Of a stretch of 64,000 bases of DNA, positions 18,600 to 44,300 are shown piece after piece. The translations under genes were made by a program, and so were the position numbers. The notes beneath the pieces are model-generated. The model was not told the DNA's origin. It ran no database searches and saw only the letters and a program-made list of their open reading frames with translations. Origin of the DNA: Sminthopsis crassicaudata (lineage: Eukaryota); the NCBI RefSeq assembly GCF_048593235.1, contig NC_133622.1:250112055-250176054 (forward strand). The letters are read 5' to 3'. The first letter of the stretch is position 1; every line of letters begins with the position of its first letter.

Positions 18600-20350
18600 C
18601 CCCAGGACCCTTCCCCGGGACTTGAGTCCCTCCTTAGCCGCCGCAGCCCCTCCTCTCTCCGGCCCCTGCCCTCCCACCTGCTCGGGGCAGGTGGGTCCCA
18701 GGCGGAAAGGGGAATCCTACAAAAGCCCCACCCCCACCTCCAGTGCCCCCTGGTGGAAAGCCCACCACTCACCCTGCTCTGCTGGGGTCCAGCAAGAGCC
18801 CCCTGCAGGCTGCTGCTCCCGGGGGCTAGAGGGGGCCGAGCCTTCCTCCCCCTCCTCTTCCTCCTCCCGCTCTCCGCGGCGTCCTCTCCTCTCCTCGGCG
18901 GCACCTTCTCTAGTCTCCCGCCCCCCCTTCTCCCGAGGCTCCGGGATTCCCTCCGCCTGTCCCCTTCCCACGCGCGCCCGCGGATCTCCCGTCTGTCGCG
19001 GGCCGTGCCCTGGACCACCGACGTCCCTGGCTCCTTCCCGAGCGCTCGGCTCCCCGGCATCTCCTTCTCTCCGCCCCCTCCCTCGGCCGCCTCCTCCCCT
19101 CGATCCCTCCCCCTCTGGCTCCCCCCCTCCCGGCCTCGCCGCCCGTGCCCGATGCCGCTCACCCGCCTGGCACACGCGGGGCGCTGCAGGATATTAACCC
19201 GTCCCCCGCCGAAGGGCCCGGGACCCCCCGGGGGTGAGAGGGGGGCGGGGTGACGGGCTGCCGGGCTCCGAGCTCGCCCCCCTGGGGCGGGGAAAGGGAG
19301 CGGGGTCCTTGCCGAGGCCGAAGAAGCCCCCCACCCCGCCCCCGCCATTCCCCCCGGCCTGGGGTTAAGCGGGAGGAAACTGGGGGAGGGACAGGAAGAG
19401 GCTGCGGTGAGGGGGGCACCACGCCCCGAACCGGCCCCGGTTCCTGTTCTCGAAACAAACAGTTCCCACGGGGCTCCCTCCGCGCCCTGACTCCGGCTTC
19501 CTGCGGGGAGGGAGGGGGTCCCCGGGAGGGAAGGGGGCCATTCGTCCATGCGGGGCGGGGCCCCGGCGTCGTGGTCCCCGAAGGGCCGCTGGCCTGGAGG
19601 TGAAGGGGGAAACCCCGGGGCGCCCGGCCCCTCCCCCCCGCCGTCCTAGCGCCGGGCCGGGGCGCGCACGGGAGCCTGGCGCCCTGAGGAAGGGCGGCAG
19701 GAAGGGGAAGAGGGCATCGATAAGGAAGCCCCGGACGCCTAGGTCCCGGGGGGGGCGCATGGGGGGCAGCCCGCAGCCGAGAAGGGAGCTGGGGGCTGGG
19801 GAAACCGTTAAATGGTTTCCGGCCGTTTGGGCTCCAAGTCCCCACAGGGAAACCGCGGGCCCCAGCCCTCCCTGCCCCGGCCCGGAGGGCGCGCCCCGCT
19901 CAGCCGCCCCCCTCGCCCCGGCCCGGACCGCGGCCCAGGAGCCGCCCCCCTCCGCCCCTCCCCACCAGCGGGCTCGGGGGCCGGCCCTCCGCCTATTGGC
20001 CCTCCAGGAGGCGGTGCCTGCGCCGGACTTGCCCCCGGCCGGCCCCGGGGTTGCGGAGATTTGGACCCCGAGACTGGGGGGGGGCGTGACTCTCTGGCCC
20101 CGCGCGGCCCCGCCCCCGGCTCCGAGGAAAAGGGCTCGTCCCGGGGGAGGGGGCGGAGGCGAGGCCGGCCCCCCCTTCCCCAAGCCCGAGGGCCTGGATC
20201 AGGACCTAGTATGGGCACGGCGCTGAGCAGGGATGGGGCGCCGGGACCGAGGCGAGGGGGAGGGCGGGCCCTGCGCCGCCGGCTCCCGAGCACCTGTTGG
20301 CCTGAGGGCGGGGCGGGACCCACAGCTGCTCCTCCACCCCCCCCCCAGTC
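18600..20350. promoter_or_regulatory. RASGRP2 CpG-island promoter with a candidate non-coding first exon ending at 19163
   Basis: CpG-dense; good donor GCGG|GTGAGC at 19162 on the minus strand; lies between RASGRP2 coding exon 1 and the PYGM poly(A) site. Confidence 0.6.
18743..18756 (-). promoter_or_regulatory. CTCF core motif CCACCAGGGGGCAC
   Basis: Exact match to CCASYAGRKGGCRS. Confidence 0.6.
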
Positions 20351-20445
20351 TGGCCCCCTCCCACCTTTATCCAGGCGCGGCCCCCTCCCCCCCAGGCCCA
20401 TCCCCCACACACTCAGACACGGACGTGGGCCTTTGGTGACACTTT

Positions 20446-20451
20446 TTTAAT
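20446..20451 (-). terminator. PYGM polyadenylation signal ATTAAA
   Basis: TTTAAT on the plus strand about 260 nt after the stop; GT-rich sequence follows on the minus strand. Confidence 0.7.
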
Positions 20452-20645
20452 TGGTGAAGTTTTTGCTCCAGAAAGTGGGCCAGGGCTCTGAGCCGAGCCC
20501 CCCCTCCCCGGGGCAGAAGGGGCCCAGACACAGACCACCAGCCAGCATAAATAACACGGGAGGGGCCGGGAGAACCTTGGGGAGCAATCAGGGGGAGTGG
20601 GCCCGTGGGAGTGTCGGGGCCCCTGGAGATGCCACCAGATCATGG

Positions 20646-20659
20646 GCACCAGGGGGCGG
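20646..20659 (+). promoter_or_regulatory. CTCF core motif GCACCAGGGGGCGG
   Basis: 13/14 match to CCASYAGRKGGCRS, in the PYGM 3' UTR. Confidence 0.45.
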
Positions 20660-20707
20660 GACTAGGGAGTCAGAGCAAGAAACAGCGAGGGGGTGCCGGG
20701 CCGCCTC

Positions 20708-34650
<13,943 letters not shown>

Positions 34651-37269
34651 AGGGCCCGCCACCATCCCCAGCCTACGTGACCCACATCCTGTGGGCCTCC
34701 GGCCCATGAGCAAAGGGTCCTTTCCTCCCTGTCCTGAAGCCAGGGGAGGGTCTCCGGGGCCCACCTCGTTCCCAGGGACGCTGAAGGGCTGGGAGCAGAG
34801 GAGCTGGGAGCAGAGGGACTGAGGGGAGTCGAGCTCCCAGGGGGCTTTGGGGCTGCTGGATCCCCTGGCCAGGGTTGGAGGGGGCAGAAGAGCCAGGGAG
34901 AAGGGCCGGGGGCTGGAGCCCCTTGGCAGGGCAGTCATGGAGTCCCTGGATCGAGCGACTTCTCTGCCAACCTGACAGCAGGGCAGAGGGGGCACCTGCA
35001 GAATGCCCTCGGAATTGCCTGTGGTTCAGAACTGCTAAGGAGCCCCCGGGAGTTGGGACACCCTGAACAAAGGGCCCTTAGAGCCGGCCGGCCCCCGTCC
35101 CAGCCCAGGCTCCTGCTCAGGCCCCCAGAACACCCCACTGGGGCCGCCCCGGACCAGGTGCTTGGCGCAGGGATTGTTCCCACTTTTCAGAAAACAGCTC
35201 TGAGTTGGGACGGGCTGAGCCGTGCAGGCTGCACGCAGAGCCAAGGCTGTTTGACTCCAAGCCCAGAGTGGCGGGGGCAGCGGGGCGCCCGCGGGTGTGG
35301 AGATCGTGGCCTGTTCCGGAGACGGGCCCGGGCCCTGGTTGAAAACATGTTTTGCAGAGCGAGCCCCCACCCCCCACCAAACTCAATCCCTCCTAGCGGC
35401 CCCCTGTCGCTGTCCCTCAAGAAGGCCTTAAATAGTGACCTTCAGGGAGGAGAGGTCAGATTACAGGCCTGGGCCCGGGCCAGCTGTCTCCAGCCAGCCT
35501 GCCCTCCCTCTCACCAGAGCAGAGATCCCTGGGAAACGTAGTCCCCAAGGCCGGGAGGCCCAAGCTTCCTTGCCTGGGTCCCCGGGCTGCTCTGGGATAC
35601 CGGCCCCCCGCCGGGCTGGGCTGCCTGGGGGAACCTTGCGTTTCTTGCCCATCTGAGCTGTCACCATTGGTTCTAAGTCTGTGCATCTGCCTGTTGTGGA
35701 GGGCACTGATGCCAGGGGTACCCCTCCCGGGCACACAGGGTGGCCTCTGTGCTGACATCTGGGCAGCCCTATTGGTCTGGGATACCGAGGGTGCTGGACC
35801 CTGGCCATGGGGGTTCTGGGGCAGGGCCTGCTTCTCTTCTGCAGCCCTATGGAAGCGATGGGAAGGAGGCGCCCCAAGGAGCCCAATCTTCCCCTCGACC
35901 CAGCCTCGGTCTTTCCATCTCTAAAATGAGAACATGGGACTAAATGCTCGATTTAGAGAAAGCAATGCAGCCTTCTCCTACCCTGACAAAACCAACTTTC
36001 CTGAGAAGGAAACTGAGCCAGGCCGGCCTCGGCCCCAAATGCCCAACTTGCCCCCGGCACCTATGCCCGTTTTGGCTACATTCAAATCCCTCGTCTTTTT
36101 GGGGGTCATAATGTGGGGACCCTTCTCGACCCACAACCCCAATCTCATCATTCCCAAAGGCCGTAGGACACAGCTAGAGCAGAAAGGGACTCTGGGCGCT
36201 TTGGCCGGCCCACTCCTTTTATATACAGGTGAGGAGAGGTCCAAGGAGCAAACTTCCCAGCGCTGTGGTGGGGTCGCCGGGCCGGGCTGCCCACTCTCCT
36301 GGGAGCCTGGCAGCCACCAGCCCGGCCCGCACCTGCAGGGAGGGCACCTGTTTCCGTGTGGATCTTGGGTTTCTCCACCAGCACGGCTGACTCCTGGTAA
36401 GAGGAGCCCGGCTGCCGCCCATTTGCTGTGACCTTTCCTGGTGGTATCAGTTCTCAGCCGCTTTTGTGGACCACGGACTTCTAAGCTGACCCTCCTCCTC
36501 CTCTCCGAGGGGGCGGAGGCGGAGGGGAACTCCTAGCAGGTTTTGCCCATTTCAGGAAGGACCTGCCTGGCAGAGAAAGCCCCATCTATTTCTGGCAGCG
36601 GCTCAGGGCTTCTCGGGAAGACTCAGCAACTCCCTGCCTCGCCTTCCCCCTTCACTGGCCTGGCAAGGGGCTCCTCATTAACCAAATCCCAAATGCCAGG
36701 CAGCAGCGGGAAGCAGAGGGAGCGACCCCTGGAGCGGGGCACCCCCAGAGGGCTGGGCTATGGTTAAGCCATCGATTGATCGCTTTGTGTTAATCCCCCG
36801 TGGCCCAGCTTCAGAGACTAATTAACCACCCCATGGGCCCACCAGGGAAACTAAGGCAGGAGGGGAGCAATGAGACCCAAGGGCCCGGGAATCCTCCCCC
36901 ACCTCTTTCCTTCAAAGTTTAGAGGAAGGGGAGGGCAATTGCAACCCAGACTAAGGGGCAACTGGGCTCTGGACATCGTCCTTCCACTTCAATAGAAAGC
37001 TAAGAGGAAATAAGGCTTCACCCTTCTGTGTTTGGGAGGGGAAGGGGGGGCCTTTCCTAGCCTTAAGCTGTGACACCTGAACCCACCATGCCCAGCCTGG
37101 GGCCCTCAAACTCCTCAAAAGGGGGGTTGGCGGCAGCACTTTCTACGGAGGAGCTGCCCTGCATCCAAGTGCTGGCCAGAGAAGGGTGGGCCTAGGCTGG
37201 GGCAGGGGGCGCCAGGCCAAGCAGCTAGGTGGGACAGACCGCTTGCCCACAAGGCTTGGGCCTGCCCGA

Positions 37270-37440
37270 CTCAGCTGGGCAACTCCCCTGGTGAGGGGTC
37301 TCAGCTGCCTTCCCACTCCCTCCCCAGGCTCCACAGACACAAGAAGCCACTCAGCGGGGTTAATTTTAGCCCCTCTGTGCGTAACAGGCTGGATTAGGCG
37401 GCCTGACCTTTCGGCTCCCCGCGCCAGGGGCCGGCAGGTG
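37270..37440. promoter_or_regulatory. Candidate muscle enhancer (MEF2, E-boxes, nuclear-receptor half site)
   Basis: TTAATTTTAG at 37360-37369 is an exact YTAWWWWTAR match; CAGCTG at 37272 and 37302; CAGGTG at 37435; TGACCTT at 37404. Confidence 0.5.
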
Positions 37441-37654
37441 GCTGCCGCCTGCAGACATAAATCCCAAAGCCCCGCACCCGCTCCCAGGGGAGCGCCCTCC
37501 AAGCTGCCTTGGCCCCGGGGGAGAAGAGCCCACCCTACGTGGGGGACGGAGGCCCGCCCCAGCCCAGAGAACGGAACGTGTCCAAAGAAAGAAGAGGCCC
37601 AGGAAGGCAGGCTGCTGTTTTACTCAATGGAACATCCCCCTTTTAATGCAGTGT

Positions 37655-37660
37655 TTTATT
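37655..37660 (-). terminator. SF1 polyadenylation signal AATAAA (second signal ATTAAA at 37647-37642)
   Basis: TTTATT and TTTAAT on the plus strand at the end of the SF1 3' UTR. Confidence 0.7.
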
Positions 37661-38311
37661 GTACACCAAATAAAAGGCCAAAAGAAATTTCTGCAGAGAA
37701 AGCGGTGAGGAGGAGAGAGCGCTTTACACATCATTGTCCACATAATCACTCCATGGAGAGGGAAGGGGGGAGGGAGGGAGCAGAGGGGGGACCCTCTCCC
37801 CCCCCACCACAAAACATTCAGACATCTGGGACTAAAATAAAATGAAGACGTTCTGTCAGCAGGAGGAGCAAACGGGATCGAAGGCCGGGCAGGGGGCCGA
37901 CGTGCCGCCCTTGCCAGGGCCCCGACAAGGGGGGGGCCGTGAGGGGCTGGGCTCTAAAGCCCCCCCTGGCCGAGAAGTGAGGAGCCTGGCCCTGGGCCCC
38001 CGACGCCCTTTCCGCCCGGCCCACCGAAAGGGCAATCTCCATTTGCTCCCTCCGCTACAGAAAGCTAACAATCTAGGCCTGGGGAGGAAAGGGGGCTAAT
38101 TGCAGCAGAAGACGGGGGACAGCATCTCCTTGGACGGAGTCTGAGGGAAGAAGAGAGAAGGAAATACAAAGGAAGAGGAAGAAAAAAAATAATAAAAAAT
38201 TCACGATATGGAGCCAGCGCGTTCCGATTCCGTCCACAAAAATAAGTCAGGCCGCTTTGCCGAACCATCCCGTCCACCAGGGGCGCTGCTGAGGCTGTCT
38301 CCCCGGAAGGG

Positions 38312-38373
38312 TCACCAATGGGCGCGGAAAGTCCTCAGTCGCATGGCGCGGGCCACCGCCGCGGGGACGGGTC
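38312..38373 (-). CDS. SF1: SF1 distal terminal exon: [19 protein letters not shown] in one frame; ...PWWTGWFGKAA* (stop 38247) in the shifted frame
   Basis: Acceptor CGCCAG| at 38374 preceded by a long pyrimidine tract; both frames resemble recalled human SF1 isoform C-termini. Confidence 0.8.
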
Positions 38374-41300
38374 CTGGCGGCCCCATTTGGGGAGGGGCAA
38401 GGGAGTTGGGTGAGGAGAGAGAAGACAAAGAAGAGACTCGATGCTACGGGGCGCCAGGAGAGCCCAAGCTGGCGCCCCTCCTAACGCCTGCCTGCTCCCA
38501 AGCGAGTCCTCAGTCGCCCGGGACAGGCTTCCTCGCACAGCCCAGCCCTGTGCGTGCACACNNNNNNNNNNNNNNNNNNNNNNNNNNNNNNNNNNNNNNN
38601 NNNNNNNNNNNNNNNNNNNNNNNNNNNNNNNNNNNNNNNNNNNNNNNNNNNNNNNNNNNNNNNNNNNNNNNNNNNNNNNNNNNNNNNNNNNNNNNNNNNN
38701 NNNNNNNNNNNNNNNNNNNNNNNNNNNNNNNNNNNNNNNNNNNNNNNNNNNNNNNNNNNNNNNNNNNNNNNNNNNNNNNNNNNNNNNNNNNNNNNNNNNN
38801 NNNNNNNNNNNNNNNNNNNNNNNNNNNNNNNNNNNNNNNNNNGCGGAACCAGGTGGCGGAGGCGGCGGAGNNNNNNNNNNNNNNNNNNNNNNNNNNNNNN
38901 NNNNNNNNNNNNNNNNNNNNNNNNNNNNNNNNNNNNNNNNNNNNNNNNNNNNNNNNNNNNNNNNNNNNNNNNNNNNNNNNNNNNNNNNNNNNNNNNNNNN
39001 NNNNNNNNNNNNNNNNNNNNNNNNNNNNNNNNNNNNNNNNNNNNNNNNNNNNNNNNNNNNNNNNNNNNNNNNNNNNNNNNNNNNNNNNNNTCTGCGGCTG
39101 CTGGCTCGGGATTGGGGGCCGGGGGCGCCTGCTCCTTGCTCGGCATGCGTTAACGTGGGGCCGGGGGGGAAGGGGCGTGGTGGGGAGGGACAGCATGTAC
39201 CCTGGGCTCAGCCTAAAGGTCTCTGGGGCTTCACTGAAAAAGCCCCTCATCACCAAGGCCCCAGTACGGGCGGAGGGGAACACACGAGAACCAGCCCTGA
39301 CAGCCCTCCCCCCGTCAACGGCACTTTCAACCTCCAGACCAGTCGCTCTCGGCCCCCCCCCCCCGCCCCCACCCCCCATCAGGCTCTCAGTCCATGCAAC
39401 AAGAGCCTCCAAGGCCCTGCGTCCTCCCCCCAACCCCGTCCAGGCCCCAGCACCGGCCAGACCAGATTCACGCCACACCAGACATCACAGAACCCCAGAC
39501 TGCCACGCCCACTCTAGGCCCCCAGCACCCAAATGACATTGTCTCAGAGACTAACCCACTCCACCCCCCACGACCCCCCAACGAGGAATCCCGGACTCAC
39601 TTTGCTGCCATGGCAAGGGGGTACTGGAAGCCATACTGCTGCTGGGCGGCGGGGGAGGCGGAGGCTGCTGCTGCTGCTGCTGCCATGGGGGAAGAGGGCC
39701 AGAGGGAGGGGGTGGGGGCTGCCCACTGGGAGGCGGCGGCGGCGGCATCATGCCCATAGGCGGCGGCGGCATCATACCTGTGAGGTAGGAAGCGGCAGGT
39801 GAGTTCCTGGGGCCTGGCCGTGCTCACAATTCCCGAGGCAGGGGAGGCGAGCGGCCACATGAGGGGGGGTACCCCCCCATGCCGGACACCCGGCTCCATT
39901 ACCTTTTCCTTGATGTAGGCGATAGACCCCAGAGCCCACAGGCGTACTTCCCAGGTACTGATCTTGATGGAAGGAAGAGCAGGGACTTAGCAGGACATTT
40001 GAACCGGCCGGACGAGACTCCCGCCCCCCTGCGGCCGCCCAGGACTCCAGGTGACCCGGCAAAGCACCCGTGACCGGCCCGCTGGAAGAGCTGATCCCTT
40101 CCTGCCCGCCCCCGGGGAGCGGCGCTCCTCCCCCGAGACAGGCCAGTGGAATGCCACGGCCACGCCCCGTCCCCGTGCTAGTCCAGTCACTTCGAGAGCA
40201 GCTCTTGACCCTCACAGTGGCCTGGCATGACCCCCCCCAGCCTACCCCAAATCCCCAAGGTTTCTGGTCTGACACTTACTTACCCATTGGAGGAGGGCCA
40301 TGGTGCCCAGGTGGGTGGGGCCCCTGGTTCATCGGCGGTGGCGGCGGCTGCATCCAGGGGGGCGGGGGCCCGTTGGGGTTGTGCTGCATGGGGTGACCAC
40401 CGTGCCCCCCTGTCAGACTGGGCAGCGGGTGTGGGAAGTTGTGAGGCCCACCGCCGGGGCCACCGGGCCCTCCGCCGTGCATCCCATGGTACGGGCGATT
40501 CTCTGAGGGCCCCGAGTTCATCCATGGCGGGCGGCTCTGGGTGGTGGACATGAGAGACTATGTGAGAGCATTTCCCGTCTAGACCCCTGCCGGCATTTGC
40601 TGCTGGCAACATTGCTCTCTCAGGCCGTGGAGGCGGCCCCCAAACGCAGGGTGAGAACCTCAAAAGATCGCTGTGTCTCACAATGGCCCGACAACCTGGG
40701 AGAACAATGTTGCCCAAATGACCCCATGAAACCTGACGACCTGGCTCTGGTTGCCCCCAAACCCAAAGGAAAGGGAGCAGTGCGGCCAGAAAGCAAACCG
40801 CCTGGCACTCACCGGCGGCGGCGGGTTGTTGGCAGGGGCGGCAGGCCGAGGCGCGCTGGCCAGCGGGGCGGCAGCAGGCCCAGAGGCCGAGCCGGCAGAA
40901 GCCGGAACCGGAGCTTCACCCAACTCTGCCATGAGAGACAGGTATTCCTTGTCCATGCGGGCTTTATCTTGGGCAGACTGTGGGTCACCAGGCCTAGAAG
41001 GAAATAAAAAAAAAAAGTCTTTCACCAACATGCTAGAGACCCAGGGTCCTTGGAGTTCACCAGGTGGGCCTTGTGCCAAAGCCTGTGCCCATCCGTGGGA
41101 GGCCAAACCCTCTATTTTACCCACGAAGGCCCTAAATGCGGGCATCCCACCTTAGATCATCCAGCTGCTGTGCCAACTGCAAGCTGGCCACCTTCCACAG
41201 ACTCAGGGCTAGCCAGAGCCACAGCTCAGGCCTGCAAACCAGGAGAACGCTCACCAGAGGGGGCTAAAAGAGCACAATCTCTTGATTTCTGAAAGCCCTC

Positions 41301-44300
41301 ACACCCCCCCCCCATTCTGAACTACCAGAAATAGGAAAATCCATGAATAACTATTATCAGTAGAAGAACTGACAAGTTTTTTGCAATCTAAGGCGAAATT
41401 TAAACTACTTGTGATCGTAGACCTGTCTTCTGCAGCAATTAGTGCCCTCGGTACAGGAGCAAACACCTCATTCTCCAGAGGGGCCCAAGCTGCTGCCCTT
41501 GGGGCCACAGAAAGGACAAGAATAAGTGTTGACATCCCCCCCAGATGCTCACCATCATGGGGGGGGGGGCAGTGTTCCCATGCCTCAAGAGCTTAAAAAA
41601 AAAAAAAGTACAAAGGCCTGCTTCCCGCAGCTGGTGTGCTTAACCTGCCTCTACTTTTAACATATTTTAGCAGTTGGGGCCAGCACAGGGCCGGATCTGG
41701 AGACAAATTCAGGGAAGCAAGTCATTCAATCTGCTTGTCTCCTCATCTGTGAAATGGGAGTGCCTGCCAGGGCTGTTGTAAGACCCTGCTCGTCAGACGC
41801 TAGGTAAATGCCCTGGTTATCCCGGTTCTAGTCCAGTGAGCAAAAACCACCCCTCCACAGGACCTTCCGCAGAATCTCACCTTTGGAATTTGCAATCTGA
41901 AGCAATGTGGCCAGCCCCTCCACATTTGGTGCAGACCGTGGTGTTGGTAATGCTTCGGGTCTCTGAGCTCTGCCATGGTCTTAAGATCCTGCCAAGAGAG
42001 AAAGGTCAACTCTGGGGCTAAGTTCCACTTCGCTCCTCCCCCATCTCCTCATCCCTCGCCTCTAGGATGGTTCTGAAAACTCTTCCTCCAAGTACCTGTT
42101 GTCATCCTCCCGGAGAGTCCCGTTCAGGCGGGCTAACTCTCGAAGCTGCATCTTCCGGAGATCATTCTGGTCCTCTGGGGTTTCAATACCCTGCTTCAGA
42201 ATATTCCGGATCTAGGAAATTACAAGGGTCAAGGGGTAAAAAAAGAGACAGGTCAAACAACAACAAAAAAAAATGCCATTCAGTAATATGCCAAAGAAAG
42301 ATCTGTATCAAACTATTTGTGTCTTAACAAAGAACAAGAGAAGAACAGACTTGTGTATCAAATCATCAAAAAAGTGGTTACAACATCAGAGTCTGGGAGT
42401 ATTACTGAGCTTCTTGCAAAGAAAACCTGAGCATATTAAGATGGGAAAGAAAAAAAAAAAAAAACCAACATGAAAATACATTCAATTAAGACAATCAGGC
42501 TTTATAAAAGTGCCTTCCTTTTGATCCAGCAATCTCACTTCTGGGTCGCAAAGGGATCAGAAGAGGGAAAAGGACCCACCTGGGCAAAAAATGTTTGTAG
42601 CAACCCTTTTCGTGGTGGCAAGAAACTTTTGTGTTGGGTAGTGTCTAAATAAGTTATATAAATGTTATGGAATATTATTGTTCTATAAGAAAAGACCAGG
42701 ATGATTTCAGGGAGGCCTGGAGAGACTTAAGATGGACTAATGGCCAGTGAAGTGAGCAGAACCAGGAGAACATCGTATATAGCAACAAGAATGATAGACT
42801 GAGCTCTCCTCAGCAATGCTGTAATGCAAGAAAATTCTAAAGAGTCTTGGGATGAAAAATACCAATTGCCACCCAGAGAGAACTATGAAGACTGCTGACT
42901 GAAGCATTTTCACTTTTTTTTTCTTTCTTTCTCATGGTTTTCCCCTTTTGTTCAGATTATTCTTTTCCAACATTACTCACATGGAAATATATTAAAACAA
43001 TACTATTAAAATAAAAATGGACTGCCTAGCTCTGCCCTGAAAAAAGTAAAAAGCCCCTTTCCTCCCCTTCTCCACGGAGATCTGCTATCAATTTGCTGAA
43101 CGCCCCACTTCCCTCTTACCCCCCCAACCTTTTCCTTGCCTGTTAAAAGGGGTGGTTCTCTGGGAACAGGTATTTGCAAACGAAGGTGATAGAAAGTCTG
43201 GCCAGCAGTTAAAAAAAAAAAAAAAAGTTTTGGAAAACCTTGCTAATATTCATTTACCTGTTCTACTGCCTTTTTGACATTCTCCATGGTATTGGCAGTA
43301 ACTAGGGCATGGAGGGGCTCATCCTCCCCAGGCAGCATCTGCCCATCTTTACGCCCAACTTTGCCTTCCTTCACAGATCCTTTCCCCCGGATCATAATCT
43401 TGGCGTTGCACTCCTTCTCAATATTCTTCAAGGTGTTGCCCCTATGAAAGTAATAGTCAATTATGAGACTAACGGGTGGGTGCCAAAAAAATGGGGTAAA
43501 AGCAGTGCCAAGGAGGCCCTGGAAATCCAAACCACTGCCCCCTCCATGCCCCCAGGGGTCTACTGTGGCCAGTTCTATTTATTTTCTCTGGGACAAAATG
43601 CAGAAAGAAGCAAGAGCAGCACCTACAGAGCCCCCCCAACCCCACCCCAGTGCTGGCCCTTGATATCTATAAGGCTTCTCTCCAGAGACAGCACTCACCT
43701 GGGCCCAATGAGAAGTCCCACAAAGTTGATTTCTGGATACTCATCTTGCGGAATCATCACCTTGTCGCTTACCCGGGTCGCTGGAGGTCTACACAACAAA
43801 CACATTCTCAAAAGCCCATTCTCGGACCCCCACTCTTCCCCCGAGCCCACAATGGGATCCCTAATAGCTGGTCTCCCATCCCCTCAGCTCACAGGGGCAG
43901 AGGAGCCAAAGGGAGTCGGGTCGAAGCCTCTGTCCCCAGCCCGGCACTCACTTGTAATCTGCAGGAGGCTTGAAGTCGGGATTGAGCGCCACCATCTCGG
44001 TGATGAGGTTGTGTCTTTCTTCCTCCAGCTTCTTCCGGGTCCGAAATTCCCTCGTGTTGAGGCGCTTCCCCTCGCTATTGTAAATGGGCTCAGGGGAAGG
44101 GGACCTGTGGGGAACAACCCGGCGTCAAGCTCTCCACCCCTCGCCTGTCCCAGGAGGACTCTACTAAAGTCTGCCCCCGGACCCCGCTACCTCTCAGACC
44201 CTAATGCCACTCTCTTCGGAGGAACCGACCATAACGTGTGCTATTCAATCTAGTGTGCAATGGGGAGGCGTAAGCTGGCTTACAACACTGGGATGGGGAG

